From Prevotella sp. (GTDB lineage: Bacteria > Bacteroidota > Bacteroidia > Bacteroidales > Bacteroidaceae), in the NCBI GenBank assembly GCA_017964785.1, contig JAGCRH010000132.1, forward strand, positions 10,910 through 74,909: a stretch of 64,000 nucleotides of DNA, written 5' to 3'. Position numbers and translations under genes: made by a program. Below are positions 8,201 through 18,747 of the stretch, in pieces (within the stretch, counting starts at the first letter, position 1; each line of letters opens with the position of its first letter). Under the pieces are notes generated by a model. The model saw nothing but the letters and a program-made list of their open reading frames with translations, searched no databases and was not told the DNA's origin.

Positions 8201-10375
8201 ATGGATTTGTTTAGATATATCGTTCGGTTCTTATATAAAATACGTTGGTATTTAATTATTTTACCACTTATTGCCTTGATTGTGGCATGGTTTTCAACTC
8301 GTCACATGGAACGTGTTTATGATGCCAATACGACCATATATACAGGTATGATTACCTCCTATAATTTGGAAGGTGGAACTGGTGTTGCTGGTGGTCAGGC
8401 CAAAACCAACTTAGGAAATTTAATGCTGATGATTACGACAGACAACACCATTCACGAGGTGGCACTCCGTTTGTTTGCCCGTTGTATGATGTATGGTAAT
8501 CCTAACAAAGACAACAATTATATTTCTGCAGAACATTTCCGCCAGTTAAATGCTTCTGTTCCCGCAGAAGTAAAAGCACTGGTTAATCACAACAGTGAAC
8601 AAATTACATATTCAAACCTGAAGGCATACGAACGCCCCATGCAGGATAATTATATTTTCGGATTAGTAAACTATCATCCTTGGTTTGGAATTAATAGTAT
8701 TACATCCAGATTAAAGGTAATGCAAATAAAGAATACCGATATTATTGACATTGCATATTCTTGTAACGATGCAGGTATAGCGTTTAACACATTGGATATT
8801 CTTAATGAGGTTTTTGCTCGTCAATATGCAGATTTACGTTATGGAGAAACAAATGCCGTAATTAAGTTCTTTGAAAGAGAAGTTTCTAGATTATACAAGA
8901 TTTTATCAGGTGCTGAAGATGATCTCATTCGTTATAATGTATCAAAGCGAATTATCAATTATGGTGAGCAAACTAAAGTGCTCGCTGGTCTAGATGGAAA
9001 CCAACAAGTTTCTGACAATACTCTATTAATGAATTATACAACATCCAAATCGTTGATGGATTATTTGGAGCGTCAATTGGGAGATCGAGCAAAGGTTATT
9101 CGTGCCAACCGCGAATTTACGAACCAGATAACAGATATTTCCCGTATCCAGTCCCGTATCTCAAACTTAAAATTGATGAGTAGTGAAGGAGGTAATGAAG
9201 CAGAATCACAATTAGAATTAGCCAAAGCAGAAAAGATGCTTCAGGACGCTACAGGAAAGATGAAAGACTTAACACGCGACATCGAAGCCTCTACTTACAG
9301 CACAGAAACCGGCGTTAAAGCAAATGATATGATTGGTAAATGGTTGGATCAAGTCCTTCTGCTTGAAGAGACAAAAGCAAAAATGACAGCACAGGATGTG
9401 ATGCGCCAAAAATTAGATCAGCAAATTCTATACTATGCCCCTATCGGTGCAACCATAACTCGAAAAGATCGGCATATCAGTTTTATTGAAAATAATTATA
9501 TGGAGATGTTGAGGGCTCTCAATTCTGCAAGGCTACGTCAGCGTAATCTTCAAATGACTACAGCGTCTCTCCGAGTGTTGAATCCTCCCATGTTCCCGAT
9601 GAATGCGCAGCCCACAAACCGTATGATGATTCTGTTAGGTTCATTCTTAGTAGCATTCCTCCTAACGGCAATGTACTTCTTCATCATAGAGTTGTTGGAT
9701 CGCACCCTTCGTGACAGAATGCGTTCAGAAAAAATCACTAAAGTGCCTGTCATGGGTTGTTATCCGAAGGAAAGCACTTTACGTTATCGCCGTTTCAACA
9801 AGACCATTGCCGATATGGCCTTGCGTCAGTTGAGCAAATCGCTCTTACCACATTTTAAAGAGGGACAACAAAATGTACTCAACTTACTTTCTACTGATGC
9901 AGGTAATGGCAAGAGTTATTTGGCTCAGGAATTGGAGAACTATTGGATTTCCATAGGCCTTCAGGTACGCCGTCTAACATACGACGAAGATTTCTTGGCA
10001 GAAGACAGCCGTTTCATCTTGGCTAAGGATATCAAAGATATTTGTCCGGATATTATGCCAAATGAAATAGCCATCGTTGAGTATCCCAATCTGGATGACA
10101 ATTCAATATCTCCCGCCCTATTGAACATGGGAACAATCAATCTGTTAGTGACCCGTGCGAACCGTACATGGAAAGATGTTGATCAGAAGGCTCTCAAAGA
10201 ACTGAATGAAAGATTAGAAGACAAGAATTCTCTTTTCATGTACCTGACAGAAGCCCAGCGTTATGCTGTGGAAGAATTTGTAGGCCAATTACCACCTTAC
10301 ACAAAGTTCAACAATTTCATCTATCGAATGTCTCAGATGGGTCTGACTGCAGTTGAAAATAGTCATGCTAAATAA
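8201..10375 (+). CDS. Polysaccharide co-polymerase / Wzc(GumC)-like chain-length and export protein
   Basis: N-terminal TM, large coiled-coil periplasmic region, second TM followed by ELLDRTLRD, and a cytoplasmic domain with Walker-A-like AGNGKS. Confidence 0.8.
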   Translation: MDLFRYIVRFLYKIRWYLIILPLIALIVAWFSTRHMERVYDANTTIYTGMITSYNLEGGTGVAGGQAKTNLGNLMLMITTDNTIHEVALRLFARCMMYGNPNKDNNYISAEHFRQLNASVPAEVKALVNHNSEQITYSNLKAYERPMQDNYIFGLVNYHPWFGINSITSRLKVMQIKNTDIIDIAYSCNDAGIAFNTLDILNEVFARQYADLRYGETNAVIKFFEREVSRLYKILSGAEDDLIRYNVSKRIINYGEQTKVLAGLDGNQQVSDNTLLMNYTTSKSLMDYLERQLGDRAKVIRANREFTNQITDISRIQSRISNLKLMSSEGGNEAESQLELAKAEKMLQDATGKMKDLTRDIEASTYSTETGVKANDMIGKWLDQVLLLEETKAKMTAQDVMRQKLDQQILYYAPIGATITRKDRHISFIENNYMEMLRALNSARLRQRNLQMTTASLRVLNPPMFPMNAQPTNRMMILLGSFLVAFLLTAMYFFIIELLDRTLRDRMRSEKITKVPVMGCYPKESTLRYRRFNKTIADMALRQLSKSLLPHFKEGQQNVLNLLSTDAGNGKSYLAQELENYWISIGLQVRRLTYDEDFLAEDSRFILAKDIKDICPDIMPNEIAIVEYPNLDDNSISPALLNMGTINLLVTRANRTWKDVDQKALKELNERLEDKNSLFMYLTEAQRYAVEEFVGQLPPYTKFNNFIYRMSQMGLTAVENSHAK

Positions 10376-10377
10376 AA

Positions 10378-11892
10378 ATGACGAAAGACTATACAACATA
10401 CGCCCATGAAAACGGAGGAAGAGTCCTGTTACTCTTTCTCCTGTTTTTACTTGCTATCTATTCATTTGTAACAGCAGGATACAACTCTTATGTAATTGTT
10501 TGTTTACTACCCCTTGTCATACTATCTGTATATATCGTCTTTAGATGGAAAATGACAGCTTTTTGGGCACTGATTGTCATTAATTATTTTCTACAGTGGC
10601 ATAGCATACATGTACCGGTTCCTATGTCACTTCCCAATGAGATGCTCCAATTATTACTTTTGGGAATAGCAATTATCGATGCAAGACAGAATCCCCATTT
10701 TGAGAAAGCGGTAAATCTGATGCTGCTTGCACTCATCATTTGGGCAACGTTTTGCACCTTAGAAGTTTTGAATGACACCTGTGGATTAGGGATAAATGTT
10801 GGAGTATGGTACTCGGGAGCCCGTTTATTGGCATTTCAACAATTATATATCTTCCTAGTTTTTTCCATTTACATTTCATCACCAGAAATACTGAGAAAAT
10901 ATTTAATAGTCTGGGCATTACTATCCCTATTTTCTGCAATTTGGGCTTGGAAACAAGTGAACATAGGACTAACGCCATCAGAAAACGCATGGTTGCAGGG
11001 GCCAGGCAGTACGACACACATTCTTCAGGCTGGTACACTCATTCGATACTTTTCAACATTCAGCGATGCTGCAAATTATGGATGTAATGCTGCAGCCACT
11101 ACAGTAGCCTTTATCATATTTGGCATCACCACAAAAAACAGAAAAATTAGATGGTTTTTCCTCATTGTTGGAGCATTAGTAGTTATCAACATGTTCGCAT
11201 CAGGAACCAGAACCGCCATATTCTGTTTATTTGCAGGATTTGCCGTCTATATTGTTCTTTCAAAATCATTTAAGATTGCCATTCCTGCTGCAATTGCTGG
11301 CTTATTCTTTTTCTTTATCTTGGCATTTACTAATATCGGTCAAGGAAATCAGCAAATCCGTCGTATGCGTTCTGCTTTTGATAAGAATGACGCATCAGCA
11401 AATATGAGAGACATAAACCAAGAAACCATGAAAAAGTACATGAAAGAGGCACCTTGGGGAATTGGAATTGGTATGAGTGACAATGTACCCAAAAATAATA
11501 AATATTGGCTGATGTCGAAAATTCCACCCGATTCCGAATATGTATATATTTGGTTAAGAACAGGAATAATCGGTATCACTGTATATATTATCTGTGTACT
11601 TATTATGTTTGGAGGCGCATGTTATGTGGTTATGTTCAGATTGAAGAATTCTTCTCTTGTGGGTATTGGTGGAGGACTCTGTAGTGCATTTGTCGCGATA
11701 CAATTAGGTTCATACGGTAATCAAATATTGTTACAGTACCCAAATGGATTAATTTTTTATGGAGGATTAACTATCGTCTATATACTTCCCTATTTAGAAC
11801 CAGCCTGGATAGAAATGGAGAATAAGCGTTTAGCAGAACAAGAAGAAAAGAAACGCCTCAAACTTGAAAAGAAACTTGCCTCAAGAGTGTAG
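10378..11892 (+). CDS. O-antigen ligase/polymerase (Wzy_C) family membrane protein
   Basis: About 12 TM segments; motifs SGTRTA, R....., PWGIGIG and DSEYVYIWLRTGIIG. Confidence 0.82.
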   Translation: MTKDYTTYAHENGGRVLLLFLLFLLAIYSFVTAGYNSYVIVCLLPLVILSVYIVFRWKMTAFWALIVINYFLQWHSIHVPVPMSLPNEMLQLLLLGIAIIDARQNPHFEKAVNLMLLALIIWATFCTLEVLNDTCGLGINVGVWYSGARLLAFQQLYIFLVFSIYISSPEILRKYLIVWALLSLFSAIWAWKQVNIGLTPSENAWLQGPGSTTHILQAGTLIRYFSTFSDAANYGCNAAATTVAFIIFGITTKNRKIRWFFLIVGALVVINMFASGTRTAIFCLFAGFAVYIVLSKSFKIAIPAAIAGLFFFFILAFTNIGQGNQQIRRMRSAFDKNDASANMRDINQETMKKYMKEAPWGIGIGMSDNVPKNNKYWLMSKIPPDSEYVYIWLRTGIIGITVYIICVLIMFGGACYVVMFRLKNSSLVGIGGGLCSAFVAIQLGSYGNQILLQYPNGLIFYGGLTIVYILPYLEPAWIEMENKRLAEQEEKKRLKLEKKLASRV

Positions 11893-12760
11893 ATTATCTA
11901 TCATTACCGTCAATTACAATGGGCTGAAGGATACCTGTGAACTGATTGATTCCATCCCCTTCAATGATTCAATGGAGGTGATTGTGGTAGATAATGCATC
12001 TCAACAGGATGAAGCAAAAATTATTCAGAGTAATTATCCTCAGGTAAAAGTTATAAGAAGTAAAAAAAACTTAGGTTTTGCTGGAGGAAATAATCTTGGT
12101 ATCAAAGAAGCAAAAGGAAAGTACATTTTTCTAATCAACAATGATACTCTTTTTAAAGACTTTGATATACAGGCTCTTATAGACAGATTTGAATCGTCTC
12201 CAAAGATTGGAGTTGCCTGTCCCAAAATACGTTTTGCATGGGGGAATAACCCAATTCAATTCACAGGTTATACTCCCCTATCAAAAATAACCATAAGAAA
12301 TCAATCTATTGGATTTGGAGAAGAAGATAAAGGCCAGTATGATTCTCCTCATCCAACCCTGTATGCTCATGGTGCAGCCATGATGATTAAAAGAGAAGTC
12401 ATTGACAATGTTGGACTAATGCCTGAATGCTTTTTTCTTTATTACGAAGAATTAGACTGGTCTATGATGATAACTCGCGCCGGCTATGAAATCTGGTATG
12501 AGCCTGCTTGTACCATTTACCACAAAGAAAGTCAAAGTACAGGTCAAAACAGTCCCTTACGAACGTATTTTATTACCCGAAACCGTCTTTTGTTGGCAAA
12601 ACGTAATTGGAAGGGGATTTCAAAATACATCTCTTATTGCTATCTTATCGGCATAGTAGCCACTCGAGATATATTTAAATACACTTTGAAAGGCAGATTT
12701 GACTTAACAAAAGCAGTCTGTCGAGGTGTCCTAACTTTCAACTCTCAACTATATTTATGA
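11876..12760 (+). CDS. Glycosyltransferase family 2
   Basis: Motifs LSIITVNYN, VVDNAS, NLGFAGGNNLG, NNDT, FLYYEELDW. Start is a TTG (11864 or 11876) overlapping the upstream stop. Confidence 0.9.
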   Translation: MPQECRLSIITVNYNGLKDTCELIDSIPFNDSMEVIVVDNASQQDEAKIIQSNYPQVKVIRSKKNLGFAGGNNLGIKEAKGKYIFLINNDTLFKDFDIQALIDRFESSPKIGVACPKIRFAWGNNPIQFTGYTPLSKITIRNQSIGFGEEDKGQYDSPHPTLYAHGAAMMIKREVIDNVGLMPECFFLYYEELDWSMMITRAGYEIWYEPACTIYHKESQSTGQNSPLRTYFITRNRLLLAKRNWKGISKYISYCYLIGIVATRDIFKYTLKGRFDLTKAVCRGVLTFNSQLYL

Positions 12761-13902
12761 TTGATTTTTGGCTCATATTATACATCATCGATTGGACTTT
12801 GTTCATTTTCACGGCAGGGACAGTGTTGTATCTTGGTTTCTACGCCATCGTATCATTATTCAACAAATCCCAAGAACTCAATAAAGCGAAAATACAACGC
12901 CGTTTTATTGTTCTTATTCCATCATATCAACAGGATTCCGTAATTGAGCAAACAATTTTATCTATATTAAGCCAGTCCTATCCTCAACGTCTGTTTGATG
13001 TAACAGTCATTTCTGATCATCAGAGCGAAATGACCAATATGCGGCTGGCCCAATACCCAATCACTCTATTAACACCCGATTTTGAAGAAAGTAGCAAAAC
13101 GAAATCTATACAATATGCCATATTAAATCTACCAGAGTTTAAAATTTATGATTTGGTGGTTATCTTAGATGCGGATAATATTGTCAACCAAGAGTTTTTA
13201 ACCAACATCAATGATGCTTATGAAACGGCTGCCACAAAGGCCATTCAAGCCCATTGCATATCACGAAACCGTGATACAGTAGCAGCACGTATGGATGCCA
13301 TCTTTGAGGAGATTAATAATAGTATTTTCCGAAAAGGACACATAAATGTTGGATTCTCAGCCTCTCTGGCTGGCTCTGGCGTGGCATACGACTTTAATTG
13401 GTATAAAGAAAATGTTATGAAAGCCAAAACAGCCGGAGAAGAGAAGGAAATGGAAGCATTATTACTCCGTCAAGGTATCTTTATTGATTACTTTGAAAAA
13501 ATATATGTATATGGCGAAAAGAAGCGTACTACAGAGAAATTGAATGAGCAACGCGGCCGCTGGGCTATACAGCAATTGCAGAATTTCATCCGAAATGTAA
13601 GATTCTTACCTGGAGCCATCTTCAGCAAACAATACGACTTGGCAGATAAAATTATCCAATGGATGCTGATTCCACGAACCACCATGGTGGGTATTATTAT
13701 GCTGATGTGTGTGGTACTTCCTTTTATTTATTTGACGATGGCTATCAAATGGTGGATTTTAGGGGCTCTCGTCCTTTTCTTCTTTGCATTAGCTACCCCA
13801 GATTATCTGGTCGATGAGATGTGGGACAAGACCTTTTTGCGTTCCCCATTTGTAACACTATGGGGAAAACTATATACAAGATTCAAGAAAAGAGATAAAT
13901 GA
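12757..13902 (+). CDS. Membrane-anchored GT2 (cellulose-synthase-like)
   Basis: Motifs LIPSY, ILDADN and EQRGRW (QxxRW); TM helices at both ends. Confidence 0.85.
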   Translation: MIDFWLILYIIDWTLFIFTAGTVLYLGFYAIVSLFNKSQELNKAKIQRRFIVLIPSYQQDSVIEQTILSILSQSYPQRLFDVTVISDHQSEMTNMRLAQYPITLLTPDFEESSKTKSIQYAILNLPEFKIYDLVVILDADNIVNQEFLTNINDAYETAATKAIQAHCISRNRDTVAARMDAIFEEINNSIFRKGHINVGFSASLAGSGVAYDFNWYKENVMKAKTAGEEKEMEALLLRQGIFIDYFEKIYVYGEKKRTTEKLNEQRGRWAIQQLQNFIRNVRFLPGAIFSKQYDLADKIIQWMLIPRTTMVGIIMLMCVVLPFIYLTMAIKWWILGALVLFFFALATPDYLVDEMWDKTFLRSPFVTLWGKLYTRFKKRDK

Positions 13903-15071
13903 TTTGGACGATTTTACATATTATCGACATCATTTTGTGGCTGATTATCGCAGGTTCTGTAGCATACGTGGTTTTCTTTGCCCTTATCTCCCTCTTTTAT
14001 GACAAGGAAGACAATGTTGCCAGGCATGCTGCGGCCATTAGTAACCAGATGACCAAATTTCTTATTCTCTATCCTGCGTATAATGAAGACCGTGTGATTA
14101 TTCATGCTGTCACTCAATTCTTATTGCAAGACTACCCCAAGGATCATTATACGCTGACCGTCATATCAGACCACATGCAGCCTGAGACCAACGAAATCCT
14201 CAAGAAATTGCCAATTACCCTTTTAACCCCCACATTCGAGAAAAGTTCCAAGGCGAAGGCTATGCAATATGCCATTACCCAAGTTCAAGGTAATTTTGAC
14301 AATGTGGTTATCTTGGATGCCGATAATGTGGTACGTCCAGAGTTTTTATCCCAATTAAACATTCTCTGCTCTGTTTACGATGCTATTCAGTGTCATCGTT
14401 GCGCCAAGAACGCCAACAACGACGTAGCAGTTTTAGATGGAGCCAGTGAAGAAATCAACAACACGATTTTCCGTAAGGCCCATAATCGTCTGGGGCTATC
14501 TTCCGCCCTTATTGGATCTGGCATGTGTTTTAGTTACAAATTGTTCAAAGAAAACGTATTTAAACTCTCCACCGCTGGTGAAGACCGTGAAATGGAAGCA
14601 CTCCTTCTTCATCAGGAGGTCTTCATCAAATATGCTCCTGACATTCACGTTTTTGATGAGAAAGTCAGTAGTCAGGATAATTTCCAGCGTCAACGTATGC
14701 GCTGGATGACTGCCCAAATACAGAGTCTGTTAAGCAATATCCCCAAGATACCTGGTGCCATCATCCATGGGAAAATCAATTTCATAGATAAGACAATCCA
14801 ACAGGCACTCATTCCCCGTTCTATCTTGATTCTGTTATTAGGTGGGATCTCCATTTTTATAACTATCGCTGTACCTGCATGGTGTGAGAAATGGTGGGTA
14901 CTCTTTGGATTACTTGCCATAGCACTTTTTATTGCTATACCCAGTCCACTTCGTATACAATCATTCAAGAAAGTATTTTCTATTCCAGGACTTGTTCTAA
15001 GAATGTTAAAGAATATCCTTCATATTAACAGGAAGAATACCGATTTTATTCACACACAACATGACACATAA
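13899..15071 (+). CDS. Membrane-anchored GT2 (cellulose-synthase-like), paralog of the preceding gene
   Basis: Motifs LYPAYNED, ILDADN, GED and QRMRW; TM helices at both ends. Confidence 0.87.
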   Translation: MIWTILHIIDIILWLIIAGSVAYVVFFALISLFYDKEDNVARHAAAISNQMTKFLILYPAYNEDRVIIHAVTQFLLQDYPKDHYTLTVISDHMQPETNEILKKLPITLLTPTFEKSSKAKAMQYAITQVQGNFDNVVILDADNVVRPEFLSQLNILCSVYDAIQCHRCAKNANNDVAVLDGASEEINNTIFRKAHNRLGLSSALIGSGMCFSYKLFKENVFKLSTAGEDREMEALLLHQEVFIKYAPDIHVFDEKVSSQDNFQRQRMRWMTAQIQSLLSNIPKIPGAIIHGKINFIDKTIQQALIPRSILILLLGGISIFITIAVPAWCEKWWVLFGLLAIALFIAIPSPLRIQSFKKVFSIPGLVLRMLKNILHINRKNTDFIHTQHDT

Positions 15072-16622
15072 ATGGGCGAACGGGTACATAGAAGCATAAT
15101 GAACATTAAAGTGGGAATGTTGTTCTACGTTCTCTCATTATTCCTTGCTTTCTTCTCGCGCAAAATTTTTCTGGATTGTCTAGGAGCAGAATTCATTGGC
15201 CTCACTGGTATGCTTATGAATATCATGAGTTTCCTCAGTGTGGCTGAGTTAGGTATCGGCACTAGTATTGTATACTTTCTTTACAAGCCACTCCAGGAGA
15301 ACAACCATGAGAAAATTAACGAGGTCATGTCAATGCTGGCATTTCTCTATCGCTGCATCGGTGCAATCATTGGGGGTGCTGGTATGATAGTAAGTCTTTT
15401 CTTCCCATGGTGGTTTGATCATCTCACGACAGGACTTCTGTTAGTTTATTTTGCGTTTTATTCTTTTCTCGGTTCTTCTGTTGCAGGCTATATTTTCAAC
15501 TATAAACAATTGTTAGTTGGTGCGAACCAGAAACAGTATTTGGTCAATTCCTACTTTCAGACTATTGGTATCGTACAAAGTATTACCCAGATATTACTAG
15601 CCTATTTTTATCGTAACCTATGGCTTTGGGTTGTTGTTGGTCTTATTTTTACTATCATTGGCATCATCATTTTCAATTATCGCATCCAACAACTTTACCC
15701 ATGGCTCAATATTGACATGAGGAAGGGACGTGAGAATTTGAAGAAATATCCAGAAGTTTTGAAGAAAACCCGCCAGATTTTTGTTCAAAAGATAAAGGAT
15801 TTCATACTCTATCGCAGTGACGAAATCATGGTTGGTATGTTTGTCTCCGTCGTTAAGGTTGCTTTCTATGGTAACTACACCATGATTATCAACAAACTCA
15901 ATTTCTTGGTGAACATATTGTCAGAAGGTATAGGTGCTGGTATTGGTAATCTTCTGGCCGAAGGTAATGAGCAAAACATCATGAAGGTTTTCTGGGAATT
16001 GACTGCTGCACGTTTCTTGATTTTAGGCGTTATCATTCTCTCACTTATACTGTTCTTCCAACCGTTCATCGGCTGTTGGTTAGGAGAGCAATATCAATTA
16101 AGCAATATTATTGTCTACCTCCTGATTTTTAACCTTTTCATACGTTATCAGACTGCGGCTGTATACATATATGCAGGATCAGCAGGCCTATTCTCCGATG
16201 TGTGGGCAGCCTGGGCAGAATTGATAGTTAATATCTCCGTGACACTATTACTCGCTCCCACCTATGGCATTGCTGGCATCTTGTTAGGAAAAATCATCAG
16301 TTTTGGATTTATCAGTTCATTCTGGAAACCTTACTATTTGTTCTCACAGACATTTCATCGAAGTGTTTGGGAATATTGGCGAGGTATGGCTCCCTACTAC
16401 TTCATTTTCGCGTTCTTTACCTTACTAACAATATGGCTTAAGCAAATTGTTATTGACCCGCATTCGGACTCTTTCATTTCATTAGCCTTCTATGGCTCTG
16501 TAGTAATTGTTCCTCTACTTACCTTCTTCTTCATTCTGTTGTTCCAATTTACGTCAGGCATGAAGTACTTTGTAGCAAGAAAGCCCGCTATTTATAAGAT
16601 TCTTAATCGTATCACATTCTAA
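15072..16622 (+). CDS. Wzx-type polysaccharide flippase (MOP superfamily)
   Basis: About 12-14 TM segments; LS.AELGIG..I...LYKPL motif typical of Wzx. Confidence 0.85.
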   Translation: MGERVHRSIMNIKVGMLFYVLSLFLAFFSRKIFLDCLGAEFIGLTGMLMNIMSFLSVAELGIGTSIVYFLYKPLQENNHEKINEVMSMLAFLYRCIGAIIGGAGMIVSLFFPWWFDHLTTGLLLVYFAFYSFLGSSVAGYIFNYKQLLVGANQKQYLVNSYFQTIGIVQSITQILLAYFYRNLWLWVVVGLIFTIIGIIIFNYRIQQLYPWLNIDMRKGRENLKKYPEVLKKTRQIFVQKIKDFILYRSDEIMVGMFVSVVKVAFYGNYTMIINKLNFLVNILSEGIGAGIGNLLAEGNEQNIMKVFWELTAARFLILGVIILSLILFFQPFIGCWLGEQYQLSNIIVYLLIFNLFIRYQTAAVYIYAGSAGLFSDVWAAWAELIVNISVTLLLAPTYGIAGILLGKIISFGFISSFWKPYYLFSQTFHRSVWEYWRGMAPYYFIFAFFTLLTIWLKQIVIDPHSDSFISLAFYGSVVIVPLLTFFFILLFQFTSGMKYFVARKPAIYKILNRITF

Positions 16623-16631
16623 CAAGAACTT

Positions 16632-17555
16632 ATGAAATCTATCATTGTCATATTTCCTCATTTCGGCAAATTGCCACCACAATACAAGATGTGGCGAGCA
16701 TCAGCATTATACAATACGGATGTTGACTTCCTATTTTTCACAGACTGCGACGTGGAGCCTGCAAAGAACATCATGGTACATAAAATGACCTTTGACGACT
16801 TCAGGCAGATGGTACAGGATAAGTTTGATTTTCCTATTTTGCTTAATCGTCCTTACAAGATATGCGACTACCGTCCCGCCTTTGCTTATATTCTTTCCGA
16901 GTATGTCAAAGGCTACGACTTCTGGGGATGGGGTGACCTTGATGTTGTATATGGGGATATTCGACATTTCGTCACGGATGATGTCTTGTCTCACTATAAA
17001 ATGATTTCTGGTTATGGACATTTCACGCTCTACAAGAATGACGAGTACACCAACACCTTCTTTATGAAAGAAGTCGACGGCTATGTGAGTTACAAAGAAG
17101 CCTTCACACAACGACGTTCTATGTATTTTGACGAATATGAATACAAAGGATTTGGTGATAAATGGCGTGGTTGCCACCCCGATGATTGTTGGCTGGAATG
17201 GCCTTTCGACAATGCCTCTAAGCCCAAGCAAAGTTACCACTTCAATAGCCTTACACGTGGGTGGAAACAAGTAATTTTTGAGCACCTAGACAACAAGTTG
17301 TATATGCTTCGTTTTAACCATGGTCAATTAGAGAAAAAAGAATCGCTCTATGCCCATTTCCAGCATCGTGGTTTCATGAAAGATAAAGTAACAGATTACA
17401 GCCATTTTCTTGTAACGCCAGGAACCATAATTGACTATCCTAAACGATTCGTCAACATCCAACTACGTTGGCTCTGCCGTAATCGATCATTAATGACAAA
17501 GTATTACCAGTGGAAAGACCGCTTCCTATGGAAGTTGGGAATGACAAGAAAATAA
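16632..17555 (+). CDS. Polysaccharide-locus protein, DUF6625-like putative glycosyl/phospho-transferase
   Basis: Motifs PHFGKLP, FFTD, YKICDYRPAF, YDFWGWGDLDVVYG (DxD), GHFTLY, FDE and HFQ.R. Confidence 0.65.
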   Translation: MKSIIVIFPHFGKLPPQYKMWRASALYNTDVDFLFFTDCDVEPAKNIMVHKMTFDDFRQMVQDKFDFPILLNRPYKICDYRPAFAYILSEYVKGYDFWGWGDLDVVYGDIRHFVTDDVLSHYKMISGYGHFTLYKNDEYTNTFFMKEVDGYVSYKEAFTQRRSMYFDEYEYKGFGDKWRGCHPDDCWLEWPFDNASKPKQSYHFNSLTRGWKQVIFEHLDNKLYMLRFNHGQLEKKESLYAHFQHRGFMKDKVTDYSHFLVTPGTIIDYPKRFVNIQLRWLCRNRSLMTKYYQWKDRFLWKLGMTRK

Positions 17556-17562
17556 CTAGATT

Positions 17563-18747
17563 ATGAAACTTGCAATATTAACCTGTGGTATGTTACCAAT
17601 TCCTGCGGTACAAGGTGGAGCGGTAGAGAATTTGATAGACTTTTATCTGGAGTATAATGACACTCACAAACTACATGATATAACAGTTTATAGTCCTTGG
17701 AATGAAAAATTGGCAAATCACCCAGCCCTAGCCTCCGATGTCAATCACTATATCTTTATTGATGTCACAAGTCATAAGGCGAGAATTGCGAGGAAACTAC
17801 GCAGTATCTTCCATTCTAATGAATATTACAACTATTTTATCGAATATTATTTTGAGAAAGTATTTGCAGACCTGAAAAAACAAAATTTTGACTATATCAT
17901 ATTAGAAAACTGTGATGGATACGCTTATAAATTATCTCAGAGAGGATATAAAAACATCATTCTACATACCCACAATGAAAGACGGAAATCTAGATCAATG
18001 TATGATACAAGAATCTATAACAGCATTACGAAAATACTAACCGTTTCTGATTTCATTAAAGAAAGATTTTCAGCCCTTTACCCTGTTGAAAAGATAGAGA
18101 CGGTCCACAATGGTATCGATTTAAAAAACTTTACCAGGAAAGGTGTTTCTCCTGTCAGTCGGCAGCAAATAGGATTCAACGATGATGATTTTGTTGTAGT
18201 ATATAGTGGTCGTATCAATAAAGAGAAAGGTGTTTCAGAATTAATTGATGCTATGCTCATGCTAAAAGACATTCCCAACATCAAACTGATGATTATCGGC
18301 GGAACGTTTTTTGGCAATGCTGATAATGAAGACGAATTTGTTTGTTCATTAAAAAACAAAGCAAACAGCATTGAACATAAAATAATCTTCACAGGATTCA
18401 TCTCTTACAATGATATAGCAGATTACCTACAAATCGCAGATATTGCTGTTATTCCATCTATTTGGGACGACCCTTTCCCAACAACAGAACTTGAAGCGCA
18501 AGCCATGGGATTGCCCATTATAACGACTGTACGTGGTGGTATTCCCGAAGAAGTCAGTGAAGACAATGCCATTCTGCTCGAAACAGATGAGAACTTCATC
18601 AACAACCTTGCCGATGCTATAGTTCACCTCTACGAACATCCTGAGGAGCGGAAACAGATGGCTGCGGCAGGCATTGAGCGCGCCAAACTCTTCGACAAGG
18701 CGACCTATGCAATGAATTTCTTCGCAGCGATAGAGGCCATCTCTTAG
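17563..18747 (+). CDS. Glycosyltransferase family 4
   Basis: Motifs PIPAVQGGAVE, NGID, YSGRI..EKG and PS.WDDPFP...LEAQAMG.P. Confidence 0.9.
   Translation: MKLAILTCGMLPIPAVQGGAVENLIDFYLEYNDTHKLHDITVYSPWNEKLANHPALASDVNHYIFIDVTSHKARIARKLRSIFHSNEYYNYFIEYYFEKVFADLKKQNFDYIILENCDGYAYKLSQRGYKNIILHTHNERRKSRSMYDTRIYNSITKILTVSDFIKERFSALYPVEKIETVHNGIDLKNFTRKGVSPVSRQQIGFNDDDFVVVYSGRINKEKGVSELIDAMLMLKDIPNIKLMIIGGTFFGNADNEDEFVCSLKNKANSIEHKIIFTGFISYNDIADYLQIADIAVIPSIWDDPFPTTELEAQAMGLPIITTVRGGIPEEVSEDNAILLETDENFINNLADAIVHLYEHPEERKQMAAAGIERAKLFDKATYAMNFFAAIEAIS

Noticed and set aside
12062-12069. A8 tract in a GT2 gene, and T8/A8 tracts near 36511 and 38597, as phase-variation sites
   Set aside because: The tracts are short and expected by chance in AT-rich DNA; reading frames are intact and there is no read-level evidence.
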